A stretch of DNA of 64,000 nt from Vicinamibacterales bacterium (lineage in GTDB: Bacteria > Acidobacteriota > Vicinamibacteria > Vicinamibacterales > UBA2999), in NCBI GenBank assembly GCA_050249615.1, contig JBFWQE010000001.1, forward strand, positions 35,483-99,482, read 5' to 3'. A program made the position numbers and the translations under genes. Below, in pieces: positions 19,414 through 27,633 of this stretch (the stretch's first letter is position 1; each line of letters opens with the position of its first letter). Under the pieces are notes generated by a model that was not told the DNA's origin, made no database searches, and worked only from the letters and a program-made list of their open reading frames with translations.

Positions 19414-20655
19414 TTATCGCGCGGTGGTGGCCAGCGGCAGTTGGATGCGGAACTCCGCGCCGCCCTCGGGCCGATTGGCGGCAGCGATGCGGCCGTTGTG
19501 CGACACGATCACCTTCTGGACAATGGCGAGACCCAGGCCGGTACCCTGCGCCCTTGTCGTCACGAACGGCTTGAAGATGCGCGGCAACGCGTCGGCGGGA
19601 ATGCCCGGTCCGTTGTCCTCGATGCTGATGCGCACGTAGGTCGGCTCGGTGACGCCACGCACGCGGATCAGCGGCTCGATGCCGGCCGCCGCGCACGCCT
19701 CGATGCTGTTGCGCAACAGGTTGCTGATGGCCTGCCGCAGCAGCACCTCGTCACCCAGCACCTCCCCGAACGTGCCCGTGCGCTCGATGCGCCCCGCGTC
19801 GATGGGCAGGTCCGTGGCGGCCCGCTCGACCACGGCGTCGAGATCGACGGGAACGAGGCTCAGGGGCTCCGGCCGGGCGAAATTCAGGAAGTTCGTGACC
19901 ACCTCGCCCAGTGCTGTGGTCTCCTGCCGGATACCTTCGACGTACGGGCGATAGGCCACGGGCAGCCGCGAGGGATCGAGCAGACGCGCATACCCATGGA
20001 TGGTGGCGAGGCCGTTCCTGAATTCGTGCGCCAGTCCAGCCGTCAGCTCGCCGACGCCCGCCAGCGCCTCTTTCAGCCGCAGCTGCTCTTCCAGCTCGAT
20101 GACCTCCGTGAGGTCGGTGAAGAGGCACACCGCCGCCTGCAGCACGCCATCGGGGCCCGCGAGCGGCGACACGCTGACGCCCAGGTGTGAGGGCCGGCCC
20201 TCGAGGCGGAGCTTGCGGCGTGCCACCGGCACGCCGGTCCTCAGCGTGTTGGTGATGACCTCCGCGAGCGGTGTGCTGCTCGAGAGGAGGCTGGTCAGGG
20301 TGACACCGCGCCCGTTGCCGGCCAGCCCGAGGATGCGCCGGGCAGCGGGGTTCACGATCTGCACCACGCCTTCCCGGTCCACGACCATCAAGCCGGCGCC
20401 GACACCGCTGATGATCTGGTTCGACAGCTGCTCCGACGCCTCCGCGCGGGCGGCCATGGCGCGCTCCTGCGACTTGAGGCGCATCAGCGCCTCCTGCAGC
20501 GCGGCGGACATCACCGAGGTCTCCACGCGCGTATCCTTTGCGTGCCTCGACATGCGCGACATGCGGACCAGTGACACGAGCAGGGCCATCAGGACGAGCA
20601 CCATGATGGCCGTGATGCCGAGCAGCGCGTAGCCGGCGATGGTCAGGGTTGGCAC
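19414..20655 (-). CDS. Sensor histidine kinase (TM + PAS + HisKA + HATPase; PilS2-like by position)
   Basis: H-box HEFRNGLATIHGYARLL, N/G boxes (LLRNSIEA, DNGPGIP, GTGLGLAIV), one clear TM. GTG at 20653-20655 is chosen because longer versions overlap pilD, so the start is uncertain. Confidence 0.8.
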   Translation of the reverse strand: MPTLTIAGYALLGITAIMVLVLMALLVSLVRMSRMSRHAKDTRVETSVMSAALQEALMRLKSQERAMAARAEASEQLSNQIISGVGAGLMVVDREGVVQIVNPAARRILGLAGNGRGVTLTSLLSSSTPLAEVITNTLRTGVPVARRKLRLEGRPSHLGVSVSPLAGPDGVLQAAVCLFTDLTEVIELEEQLRLKEALAGVGELTAGLAHEFRNGLATIHGYARLLDPSRLPVAYRPYVEGIRQETTALGEVVTNFLNFARPEPLSLVPVDLDAVVERAATDLPIDAGRIERTGTFGEVLGDEVLLRQAISNLLRNSIEACAAAGIEPLIRVRGVTEPTYVRISIEDNGPGIPADALPRIFKPFVTTRAQGTGLGLAIVQKVIVSHNGRIAAANRPEGGAEFRIQLPLATTAR

Positions 20656-20686
20656 GGCAGGTGGCCTGGATCGGACGGGCCCGAGG

Positions 20687-21463
20687 TCATGGAACGAAGA
20701 AGCCGGCGTACCAGGTGACGAGCGGCTCGCCGACGAGCATCGCCGCAAGAGCGCCCAGCGAGAGAAACGTGCCGAACGGCAGCGCGAGCCGCATGCTGCC
20801 CCGGGAGACGGCGATGATGCCGACGCCGACCAGGGCCCCGGCAAACGACGACAGGATGAGCGTCACCAGCACGGCCTTCCATCCAAGGAAGGCGCCAATC
20901 ATCGCGAGCATCTTGACGTCGCCCATCCCCAGGCCCTCCTCGCGCCGCACGGCATAGTATGCCCAGGCGATGGCGTAGAGCACGCCGCCCCCGAGCAGGA
21001 TGCCCAGGAGGCTGTCCAGCCACCCCGGCGGGCCGGCGAGGCTGAAGAGGAAGCCGACGGCGATGCCTGGCAGCGTGATGACGTTCGGAAGAATCTGGTG
21101 ATGCAGGTCGATCCCGAACAGGACGATGAGGATGAGCACGAGGATGAGGCGAGACGCAAGCAGTGGCCCCATCGGCGTCAGCCACGTCACCAGCACGAAG
21201 AGCACGCCGGTGACGAGCTCCACGAGCGGGTACTGGACCGAGATGGGCGCGCGGCAATGGTGGCACTTCCCGCCGAGCAACACCCACGACAGCACCGGAA
21301 TGTTGTCGATCCACCGGAGCCGCGTGCGGCACGACGGGCAGGTGGAGGGAGGCGTCACCAGCGACTGCCCGAGCGGCAGCCGGTGGATCACCACGTTCAG
21401 GAAGCTGCCGATGGCGAGGCCGAGGACACCGGACAGCACCAGCAGGGCGGGGGGCGCCGTCAT
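20687..21463 (-). CDS. pilD: Prepilin peptidase / N-methyltransferase (A24 family)
   Basis: N-terminal CxxC...CxxC (CPSCRTRL...CHHCRAPI), polytopic membrane protein, and catalytic-Asp context GMGDVKML. Confidence 0.9.
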   Translation of the reverse strand: MTAPPALLVLSGVLGLAIGSFLNVVIHRLPLGQSLVTPPSTCPSCRTRLRWIDNIPVLSWVLLGGKCHHCRAPISVQYPLVELVTGVLFVLVTWLTPMGPLLASRLILVLILIVLFGIDLHHQILPNVITLPGIAVGFLFSLAGPPGWLDSLLGILLGGGVLYAIAWAYYAVRREEGLGMGDVKMLAMIGAFLGWKAVLVTLILSSFAGALVGVGIIAVSRGSMRLALPFGTFLSLGALAAMLVGEPLVTWYAGFFVP

Positions 21464-22383
21464 GACGGCGGCCCCGGCGTTTGCGTCGGGCTCACCCTCC
21501 GTGGCTCATCGGGCAACGGCCACAGCGGGGAGTCCTCTGCCAGGCCGACACGCCCGGTGACCGGGTTGATCACGTAGGGCACACCGGCGGGATCGAGCGG
21601 GATGCCGCGCAGGCGCTCGCCCTGCACCAGGGCCGGCCAGCTCTGCGCCACCCGCCCTTCGCGCGCCGCATAGCGCTCCGCGACGAGGTTCAACTGGTCG
21701 ATGGCATCCATGGCATCGAGCTGCAGCAGCCGCCGTTCGGCGCTCGATCGAATCCAGTCGCTGTCGGCATTCTCGTACAGCTGGCGCCACATGGTGCGCG
21801 ACGATTGCCGGTCGCCACCGACCGCCAGGGTCGTGGCGGCCAGGGAGACGAGCCACTCGGGACCGCCTGGGGCCTTTCCGCCGCGCTCGAACCACTCCGC
21901 TGCCTTCGAGTAGTCCCGAAGCCACCAGTAGTAGATGAAGCCGATGTCGTGCATGTACTCCCAGCGCTCGCCGTCCCGCTTCAGGCCGTTCTCGAGGAGC
22001 GCGATGGCCTGGTCGGGCCGGCCAGGTCCGTCGGGGTACCCTTCGGTCAGGAAGATGGCGCCGAAGCGGTACGCCACCTTGAACCGCGGGTCGAGCGTCG
22101 TGACCAGATCGAGCATGGGGTACAGGAGGTCATAGCTGCGCTCCGACCGGTCTCGGAGCCGCTGGCCGCCGTAATACACGACGGCGCGAATCCAGTAGAG
22201 GTCCGCCATGAGGGTGTCGAACCCGAGCGCCATGCGCCTCATGGCGGGGCCCGACTGGATCCAGAGCATGCCGCCCGGCGGCTCGAACGGGACGCGGTCG
22301 CGATCCCTCACGGCCTGGATGCCCACCGACGCGGCGAACAGCAGCATCACGGCCACGATGAGCCCCCGGTTACGGGGCTTCAC
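21460..22383 (-). CDS. Membrane-anchored helical-repeat (TPR-like) hypothetical protein
   Basis: A single N-terminal TM (GLIVAVMLLFAASVGI) followed by W/Y-rich helical repeats. GTG start. Its stop overlaps the pilD ATG (ATGA). Confidence 0.5.
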   Translation of the reverse strand: MKPRNRGLIVAVMLLFAASVGIQAVRDRDRVPFEPPGGMLWIQSGPAMRRMALGFDTLMADLYWIRAVVYYGGQRLRDRSERSYDLLYPMLDLVTTLDPRFKVAYRFGAIFLTEGYPDGPGRPDQAIALLENGLKRDGERWEYMHDIGFIYYWWLRDYSKAAEWFERGGKAPGGPEWLVSLAATTLAVGGDRQSSRTMWRQLYENADSDWIRSSAERRLLQLDAMDAIDQLNLVAERYAAREGRVAQSWPALVQGERLRGIPLDPAGVPYVINPVTGRVGLAEDSPLWPLPDEPRRVSPTQTPGPPS

Positions 22384-22411
22384 CGCGCCGCCTCGAGGGC
22401 CGAGGGACGCC

Positions 22412-23218
22412 TCACTTGAAGTCCCTCCGCCTGAAGACGGCGATGGCGCCGAGGAGCAGGATGGTGATGTAGACCGCCGCGTAGCCCATGGTCAGCGCGA
22501 CCTGGGAGGCTGGCACCGCCACGCCGTGCACGACCTCGGCGCGGATGTTGAACGGCGCCAGGTTCGGCAGCAGGTAGTACACGGCGCGAGCCAGCAACGC
22601 GACCGGCCGCACGTCGAGGACCGCTTCGAAGTTCCGGAGGTCCGCATTGAAGTGCCCGGCCACCCACACGCCGAAGGTCAGCAGCGCCGAGAGCAGGGGG
22701 CTGGAGAACGTCGAGAAGAACAGCGCGATGGCCGTCACCAGCATCAGCTCGGCGACGATCAGGAGCACGGCGACCACGAGCCGCGGATCGATCGCCGGCG
22801 CCGGCCAGGCGGTCTTCAACAGCGGGTCCGTGGTGAGATCGACGTAGAGCAGCACGGCGTAGAAGGCCAGTGTCATGACGGACAAGTTGACGACGAGCGT
22901 CAGCACCAGGCCGAGGTACTTGCCCAGGACGAACTGGCTGCGGCTGAGCGGCTTGGCCAGCACGGCGAAGACACTCCGGCGCTCCACCTCCTTCGAAACG
23001 AGATTGATGCCGATGAAGACGGCGATGAGCAGGCCGAACATCGCGATGGCCGCCAGCCCGAGATCCTTGAGGATCTTCATGTCCTGGCCCGCGGTCAGCT
23101 GGCTGATCAGGTACGAGGCCGCGATAATCAGCACCGCGAAAGCGACCATCGAGTAGGGCACGCGGTCGCGCACCGACTCCTTGAAGACCGCCTGCGCCAC
23201 CAGCGCAATGGACCGCAT
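22412..23218 (-). CDS. ABC-2 type transporter permease (PilI-like by position)
   Basis: Six predicted TM helices. Start at MRSIALVAQAVFKESVRDRV, 2 nt after the ATPase stop. Confidence 0.75.
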   Translation of the reverse strand: MRSIALVAQAVFKESVRDRVPYSMVAFAVLIIAASYLISQLTAGQDMKILKDLGLAAIAMFGLLIAVFIGINLVSKEVERRSVFAVLAKPLSRSQFVLGKYLGLVLTLVVNLSVMTLAFYAVLLYVDLTTDPLLKTAWPAPAIDPRLVVAVLLIVAELMLVTAIALFFSTFSSPLLSALLTFGVWVAGHFNADLRNFEAVLDVRPVALLARAVYYLLPNLAPFNIRAEVVHGVAVPASQVALTMGYAAVYITILLLGAIAVFRRRDFK

Positions 23219-23220
23219 CG

Positions 23221-24171
23221 CTACAACCCCGTCTGCCGCGACTCGGCGGCGCCGACCGACTGCACGAAGTAGTCCTCCAGGGTCTCGCGCAGCGGGTTCA
23301 GCGAGACGACCTGAGCGCCCCGGCTGCCGAGCTCGTGGAGGAAGCGGTCGGGCGACTCCTCTGCTGGCAGCTCGATGGTGAAGCGCCCGCGTGCGAGGGC
23401 CGTGATGCTGCGCACGCGCGGCGCGATCGCGGCACGCGCCTCGTCGGGCAGGTTGGCCACGACCAGCTCCCACCCGCGCAGCTCGAAAGCCAGGATCTCC
23501 GAGAGCTGCCCCGACGCGACGAGCCGTCCCTGCGCCAGGATGGCCACCCGGCTGCACAGGGCCTCCGCATCGGACAGGATGTGCGACGAGAAGAACACGG
23601 TGCAGCCGCGGTCGCGCAGCCGGAGCATGATCTGCCTGACGTGGCGGCGGCCCAGCGGGTCCAGGCCCGACATGGGCTCGTCGAGGAACACGACGTCGGG
23701 CTCGTTCAGGAGCGCCTGCGCCAGGCCCACGCGCTGGACCATGCCCTTCGAGTACTGCCGCAACCGCAGCCGTCGTTCCGAGGCAATGCCCACATCGTCG
23801 AGCACGCTCGACACGCGCCGCGCCACGTCCGCGCCGCGCAGCCCGAAGAGGCGGGCGAAGTACGAGAGCAGTTCCTCCGCCGTCAGGTGATCGTAGAAGC
23901 AGGGGTTCTCGGGGAGGAACCCGATGCGCCGCTTGACCGAGGGGTCACCCGCCGGACGGCCCAGGATGCGGGCCGTCCCCGAGGTCGGATAGAGCAGCTG
24001 CATGAGCAGCTTGAGCGTGGTGCTCTTCCCCGCGCCGTTTGGCCCGAGGAAGCCGAACACCTCGCCCTCACCAACCGACAGCGTCAGGCGATCGAGCGCT
24101 CGATAGGGCCGCGGACGCCAGAACCCGACGAGAAAGTCCTTTGACAGGTCCTCGGTCTCTATCGCCGCCAC
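23221..24171 (-). CDS. ABC transporter ATP-binding protein (PilH-like by position)
   Basis: Walker A GPNGAGKST, signature YSKGMVQRVGLA, Walker B VVFLDEPMSGLD. GTG start. Confidence 0.88.
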   Translation of the reverse strand: MAAIETEDLSKDFLVGFWRPRPYRALDRLTLSVGEGEVFGFLGPNGAGKSTTLKLLMQLLYPTSGTARILGRPAGDPSVKRRIGFLPENPCFYDHLTAEELLSYFARLFGLRGADVARRVSSVLDDVGIASERRLRLRQYSKGMVQRVGLAQALLNEPDVVFLDEPMSGLDPLGRRHVRQIMLRLRDRGCTVFFSSHILSDAEALCSRVAILAQGRLVASGQLSEILAFELRGWELVVANLPDEARAAIAPRVRSITALARGRFTIELPAEESPDRFLHELGSRGAQVVSLNPLRETLEDYFVQSVGAAESRQTGL

Positions 24172-24172
24172 T

Positions 24173-25381
24173 CTACTTGCCTCCGCCTCCCACGCGGCGC
24201 AGCTCCCAGGCGATGGCGGCGTCGAAGTACTCGGGGCGCAGCCCGGGCAGGCGCATGCCGTTCATGAAGAACGTCGGGGTCCCGGTGATCTTCATCTGCG
24301 CGCCCTGCTGCGTGTCGCCGCGGACGAGGGCCAGGGTGGCCGCGTACCGCGCGTCCATGTCGGTGACGCCGCCGACGTCACGGGCAGCCTGCCGCACCGA
24401 GGCGGGCGTCATCGCGGGCTGGTTTGCGAAGAGCCAGTCTTCCATCGCCTCGCCCCTGCCCTTCTCGCGGGCGAGCCGCACGGCCACGGCCGCGTCGCAG
24501 GACGCGGGGTGCACGTCGGTCGCCATTGCCGCGTTGCACTCGCGCTCCAGGGGATAGTCTCTCGACACGACCTTGATCTTGCCCGGCGCCTGCTTTGCCC
24601 ACTTCTCGAAGACCGGCTTGTACTCCCGGTGCGTCTGCCCGCAGGCCGGGCACTGGTAGTCGTTGAACTTCACGATGACGACGGCCGCGCCGTCGTTTGG
24701 GACGACGATGGGCTCGCGGGGCTGCTGGGCGAGCCAGCCCTCGAACTCCTTCACGCGCGCCGCATCGGCGGTGGGCACGGTCGCGGCCGGCGCCTGCCCG
24801 GCCGCCGGCTCCGGCGCCGCCGAAACCGAGCCGCCCGGGAAGAGGAGGATGGTGGCCACGGCCCCGCCGATGAACAGCAGCGCGGCCGACAGAGCCGCCG
24901 GGGTACGGAGGAGCGTGCGGAGATCGCGTGCAGCGCGGGCAGGAAGGCTGGTCATGGGTTCCTTTGCGGCCGCTCCCGATGTGAGGAACAGCCCGATGAC
25001 GGCGACATAGGTGCCCACGCACAGCAGGCACACGGTCCCGAGGATGAAATACGACGCGTACCCCAGGTACAGCACCACGGCCAGTCCCAGCGTGGACGCG
25101 GCGAAGACGTAGCCCGGAAGGTTCTTCGATGCCGCGGGCGACGGCCCGCAGAGCACGACGAGCCCGATGACGAACAGGAAGAACAGCGTGCCCAGCAGGG
25201 CCACGGGCACGCCCCCGAATGATCCGTAGGCACTGGTATACGCCTGGCTGCAGCTGAGCGTGCTGTTCACGTCGCAGACGCTCACGTAAGTCGGGTCGTT
25301 GATCAGCCGGTAGTGCACCCACGTGGACGCGGATGAAGCGGCCAGGCCGAGTGCGGCAAACCCGAGAAACCAGCGCGACAT
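24173..25381 (-). CDS. VKOR (vitamin K epoxide reductase)-DsbA/thioredoxin fusion, disulfide-bond formation protein
   Basis: VKOR loop cysteines VCDVNSTLSC and membrane CLLC, then a periplasmic Trx-fold with CPAC (FNDYQCPACGQTH). Start at MSRWFLGFAALG (ATG 25379-25381). Confidence 0.8.
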   Translation of the reverse strand: MSRWFLGFAALGLAASSASTWVHYRLINDPTYVSVCDVNSTLSCSQAYTSAYGSFGGVPVALLGTLFFLFVIGLVVLCGPSPAASKNLPGYVFAASTLGLAVVLYLGYASYFILGTVCLLCVGTYVAVIGLFLTSGAAAKEPMTSLPARAARDLRTLLRTPAALSAALLFIGGAVATILLFPGGSVSAAPEPAAGQAPAATVPTADAARVKEFEGWLAQQPREPIVVPNDGAAVVIVKFNDYQCPACGQTHREYKPVFEKWAKQAPGKIKVVSRDYPLERECNAAMATDVHPASCDAAVAVRLAREKGRGEAMEDWLFANQPAMTPASVRQAARDVGGVTDMDARYAATLALVRGDTQQGAQMKITGTPTFFMNGMRLPGLRPEYFDAAIAWELRRVGGGGK

Positions 25382-25416
25382 GGGCGAATTATAAGCCGTG
25401 TGGCCGTACAGGCGAC

Positions 25417-25445
25417 GGGCGCGGCCCCTGGAGGAAACCGCGCCC
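25417..25445 (-). terminator. GC hairpin downstream of pilA (attenuating terminator candidate)
   Basis: GGGCGCGG-(13 nt)-CCGCGCCC, 37 nt after the pilA stop. No clear U tract. Confidence 0.4.
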
Positions 25446-25481
25446 GCCTGCCCTGTCCCCCGTGTGAGAGGACCCGAAGTG

Positions 25482-26021
25482 TTACTGAATCGGCGCGGCC
25501 GGAGCTGCCGGGGCCAGCATGCCGTCGGGCTGGGCGATGGCAGCCGTGTCGGCGTAGATGGTGCCCAGCGTGCCCACCCAGAAGTAGCGCGTGCCCGTGG
25601 CACCAGCGGTGACGGGCTCAGCCGTCGCGATCCAGGAGCTCGTCAGATCGGCACCCGCGACAGCGTTGCACGCAGCCTGAGTGGCTGGGTTGCCGGTTCC
25701 GTCCGTCAGTGTGACGGTGTAGCCGCTCTTCACCGCCGGAGACACCGTGCCGAGGTCGGGGCTGATGAACGGGGCGGCGCCGGCCGCGGGCGGCGTGCCC
25801 AGCTGCACGAGGTCAGTGGCGTAGAAGCCGTTGGCGCAGGTGGAGGCGTACGCCTGCTGCGAGCTGGTGATGGCGCGGAGCGAGCCGATGGCCGAGGCCT
25901 CGTTGCCCGAGCGGCGGGCGCTCAGCAGGCCCGGCACCGCGATGGCGGCGATGATGCCGATGATGGCCACCACGATCAGCAGCTCGATGAGCGTGAAGCC
26001 CTTGTTGTCGCGAATACGCAT
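25482..26021 (-). CDS. pilA: Type IVa major pilin
   Basis: MRIRDNKG|FTLIELLIVVAIIGIIAAIAVPGLL, the classical prepilin leader and methylation site. Two Cys. GGGGGA lies 9 nt upstream of the ATG at 26019-26021. Confidence 0.9.
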   Translation of the reverse strand: MRIRDNKGFTLIELLIVVAIIGIIAAIAVPGLLSARRSGNEASAIGSLRAITSSQQAYASTCANGFYATDLVQLGTPPAAGAAPFISPDLGTVSPAVKSGYTVTLTDGTGNPATQAACNAVAGADLTSSWIATAEPVTAGATGTRYFWVGTLGTIYADTAAIAQPDGMLAPAAPAAPIQ

Positions 26022-26140
26022 GTTCGTTGTCCCCCAAGAATCGAAGTAATGAACCGTTGACTGCCCTGTTGCTGTACCCGTCGTCTTCCCATGTGCCGAC
26101 GCCGCCCATTCCATTGGCGGCGTCCGCTCGGCCCGGACAT

Positions 26141-26156
26141 GAGCAACCCGCGTACC
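26141..26156 (-). promoter_or_regulatory. Candidate sigma-54 (-24/-12) promoter of pilA
   Basis: The minus strand reads TGGTACGCGGGTTGCT against consensus TGGCACG-N4-TTGCW, with GG and GC correctly spaced. It sits about 120 nt upstream of the pilA ATG, and a sigma-54 activator (pilR) is encoded just upstream. Confidence 0.5.
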
Positions 26157-26278
26157 AACCGCCAGTCCATGGCGGCAGGCGGGGACCTCGGGGCGCCAAC
26201 CTGTGTGTTCCTGTGCACTTACAGGCGAACGGATGCACGGGTCCAGGCCGTGGGGGAGGTGTCAAACCGTGGCCGCGC

Positions 26279-26322
26279 TGACAGTCCCTGTCAAGACCGT
26301 GTGCCAGTATCTGTCAGGGCAC
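26279..26322. promoter_or_regulatory. Two palindromes sharing a CTGTCA core: candidate enhancer (PilR) binding sites and/or terminator of the upstream operon
   Basis: TGACAG-TCC-CTGTCA (26279-26293) and GTGTGCC-N12-GGCACAC (26296-26322, containing CTGTCAG and the hydrolase stop codon). They lie about 125-165 bp upstream of the candidate -24 element. Confidence 0.3.
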
Positions 26323-27633
26323 ACGAATTGGTAGGTCGGCCGTATAGAGCATCGTGCGGTCGTTGTCCCGTGCGTTCCACGCCAGCAGGGTCCGCAGGTC
26401 CTCGGCGACCATGCCGTTGAAGACGACCGAGCCATTCACCAGCACCGTGACGGGTGAGGAAAAGTCGACCACATCCGGCGACAGCAGCAGCCGGAACGCG
26501 GACACCCCCCGCGTTCGGGCCTCGAAGCGGTTGCCCTGGCGCCGCACGTCCACCCGGCCTGACGGCCACGTACGGGCGAACATGCGCTGCGCTCCGCCCT
26601 GCACACCGAAAGTGTTCACGTCCAGCAGGCCGGCGTCGGCTCCCGGCCGGCCCCCGAGCTGGTCGATGACCAGCCAGTGCGCCCGATTGTACCGGTCGGT
26701 GCGCTCGCTCTCCCACGAGAGGGCCGCGGGATGGGGCTCGCGCGGGTGATCGCGCACGAACCGCTCGAACGCCGCGCGCTCGGCCGGCCACCAGTTCGTG
26801 TCGTGGCCCGCGTCGGGCTGGGGGCGAAACACCACCGTCGCCCCGGCCGCCGACAGCATCGCCACGTGCGGCTGCACCGCCGACAGCGGGTACAGCGGGT
26901 CGCGCCCGCCATTGACGATGAAGAGCGGCTTGTTCACCAAGTTGCCGGCGTAGAGCTGCCCGTTGGCGCGCGTGGACGGCGTGGCCAGGACCCGCATGTT
27001 CCCATTGAGCGGCAGGAAGGCCGAGAAGGGCGTGGTCAGCTTCATCGCGTAGAAATACGCGCCCGTCGCCCCGTCGGACACGCCGGTCATGTAAACGAGG
27101 TTCTCGTCGATGTTGTAAGCGCGCTTCACGCGATCGAGCAGCGCCACGATGTTCTCGAACTGGTTCAGGTGCCACCACTCTGCCCGGCCGTGCCCGCGCG
27201 GCTGCAGGTAGATGGCCTCCTCGCCCTGGATCCGGTTCGGGGCAAGCGGACGTGCGTCGCCGCCCGACGCGGGGCGGCTCACCCCTCCGTGAAGCTGCAC
27301 ACGCACGGGCCAGCGTCGCGTGGGCGTGTAGGAGGCCGGGACTTCGAGGAGCGTCTCGATGATGGTGCCGTCGCTCGCCGTCAGGCGGATGGTTGAAGCC
27401 CCGGAACGCATCGAGGCGTACGCGCGTCCGGCCTTCAGCCGCGCCACGGCCTGCGCGATGGTGATGCCGGATTGCGCCACCGCCTCGGCCGCGACTTCCG
27501 CGGCGGCCGCGTCTGGGGCCTGCAGGTAGCGCTCCATGGCCTGCCCGGCCCTGGGCTGCGCCAGCGTGCCCACGGCGGGCGCGAGAGCGGCGGTACCGGC
27601 AACGGCACAGGCCGCCGCGGCCAGCCGCATCAT
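26314..27633 (-). CDS. Secreted alpha/beta-fold serine hydrolase (esterase/peptidase, S9/dienelactone-hydrolase-like)
   Basis: Signal peptide MMRLAAAACAVAGTAALAPAVGTLAQP, nucleophile elbow GVSDG, candidate Asp (NGGRDPLYP) and His (DAGHDTNWW). ATG 27631-27633 overlaps the pilR stop (ATGA). The longer track ORF upstream is out of frame with pilR and is discarded. Confidence 0.7.
   Translation of the reverse strand: MMRLAAAACAVAGTAALAPAVGTLAQPRAGQAMERYLQAPDAAAAEVAAEAVAQSGITIAQAVARLKAGRAYASMRSGASTIRLTASDGTIIETLLEVPASYTPTRRWPVRVQLHGGVSRPASGGDARPLAPNRIQGEEAIYLQPRGHGRAEWWHLNQFENIVALLDRVKRAYNIDENLVYMTGVSDGATGAYFYAMKLTTPFSAFLPLNGNMRVLATPSTRANGQLYAGNLVNKPLFIVNGGRDPLYPLSAVQPHVAMLSAAGATVVFRPQPDAGHDTNWWPAERAAFERFVRDHPREPHPAALSWESERTDRYNRAHWLVIDQLGGRPGADAGLLDVNTFGVQGGAQRMFARTWPSGRVDVRRQGNRFEARTRGVSAFRLLLSPDVVDFSSPVTVLVNGSVVFNGMVAEDLRTLLAWNARDNDRTMLYTADLPIRVP

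Noticed and set aside
26288-26303. A second sigma-54-like element on the minus strand, TGGCACACGGTCTTGA.
   Set aside because: The -12 region is TTGA rather than TTGC, and the GG-N10-GC spacing is off by one. It is part of the GTGTGCC/GGCACAC palindrome at the hydrolase stop. The better match at 26141-26156 is retained instead.
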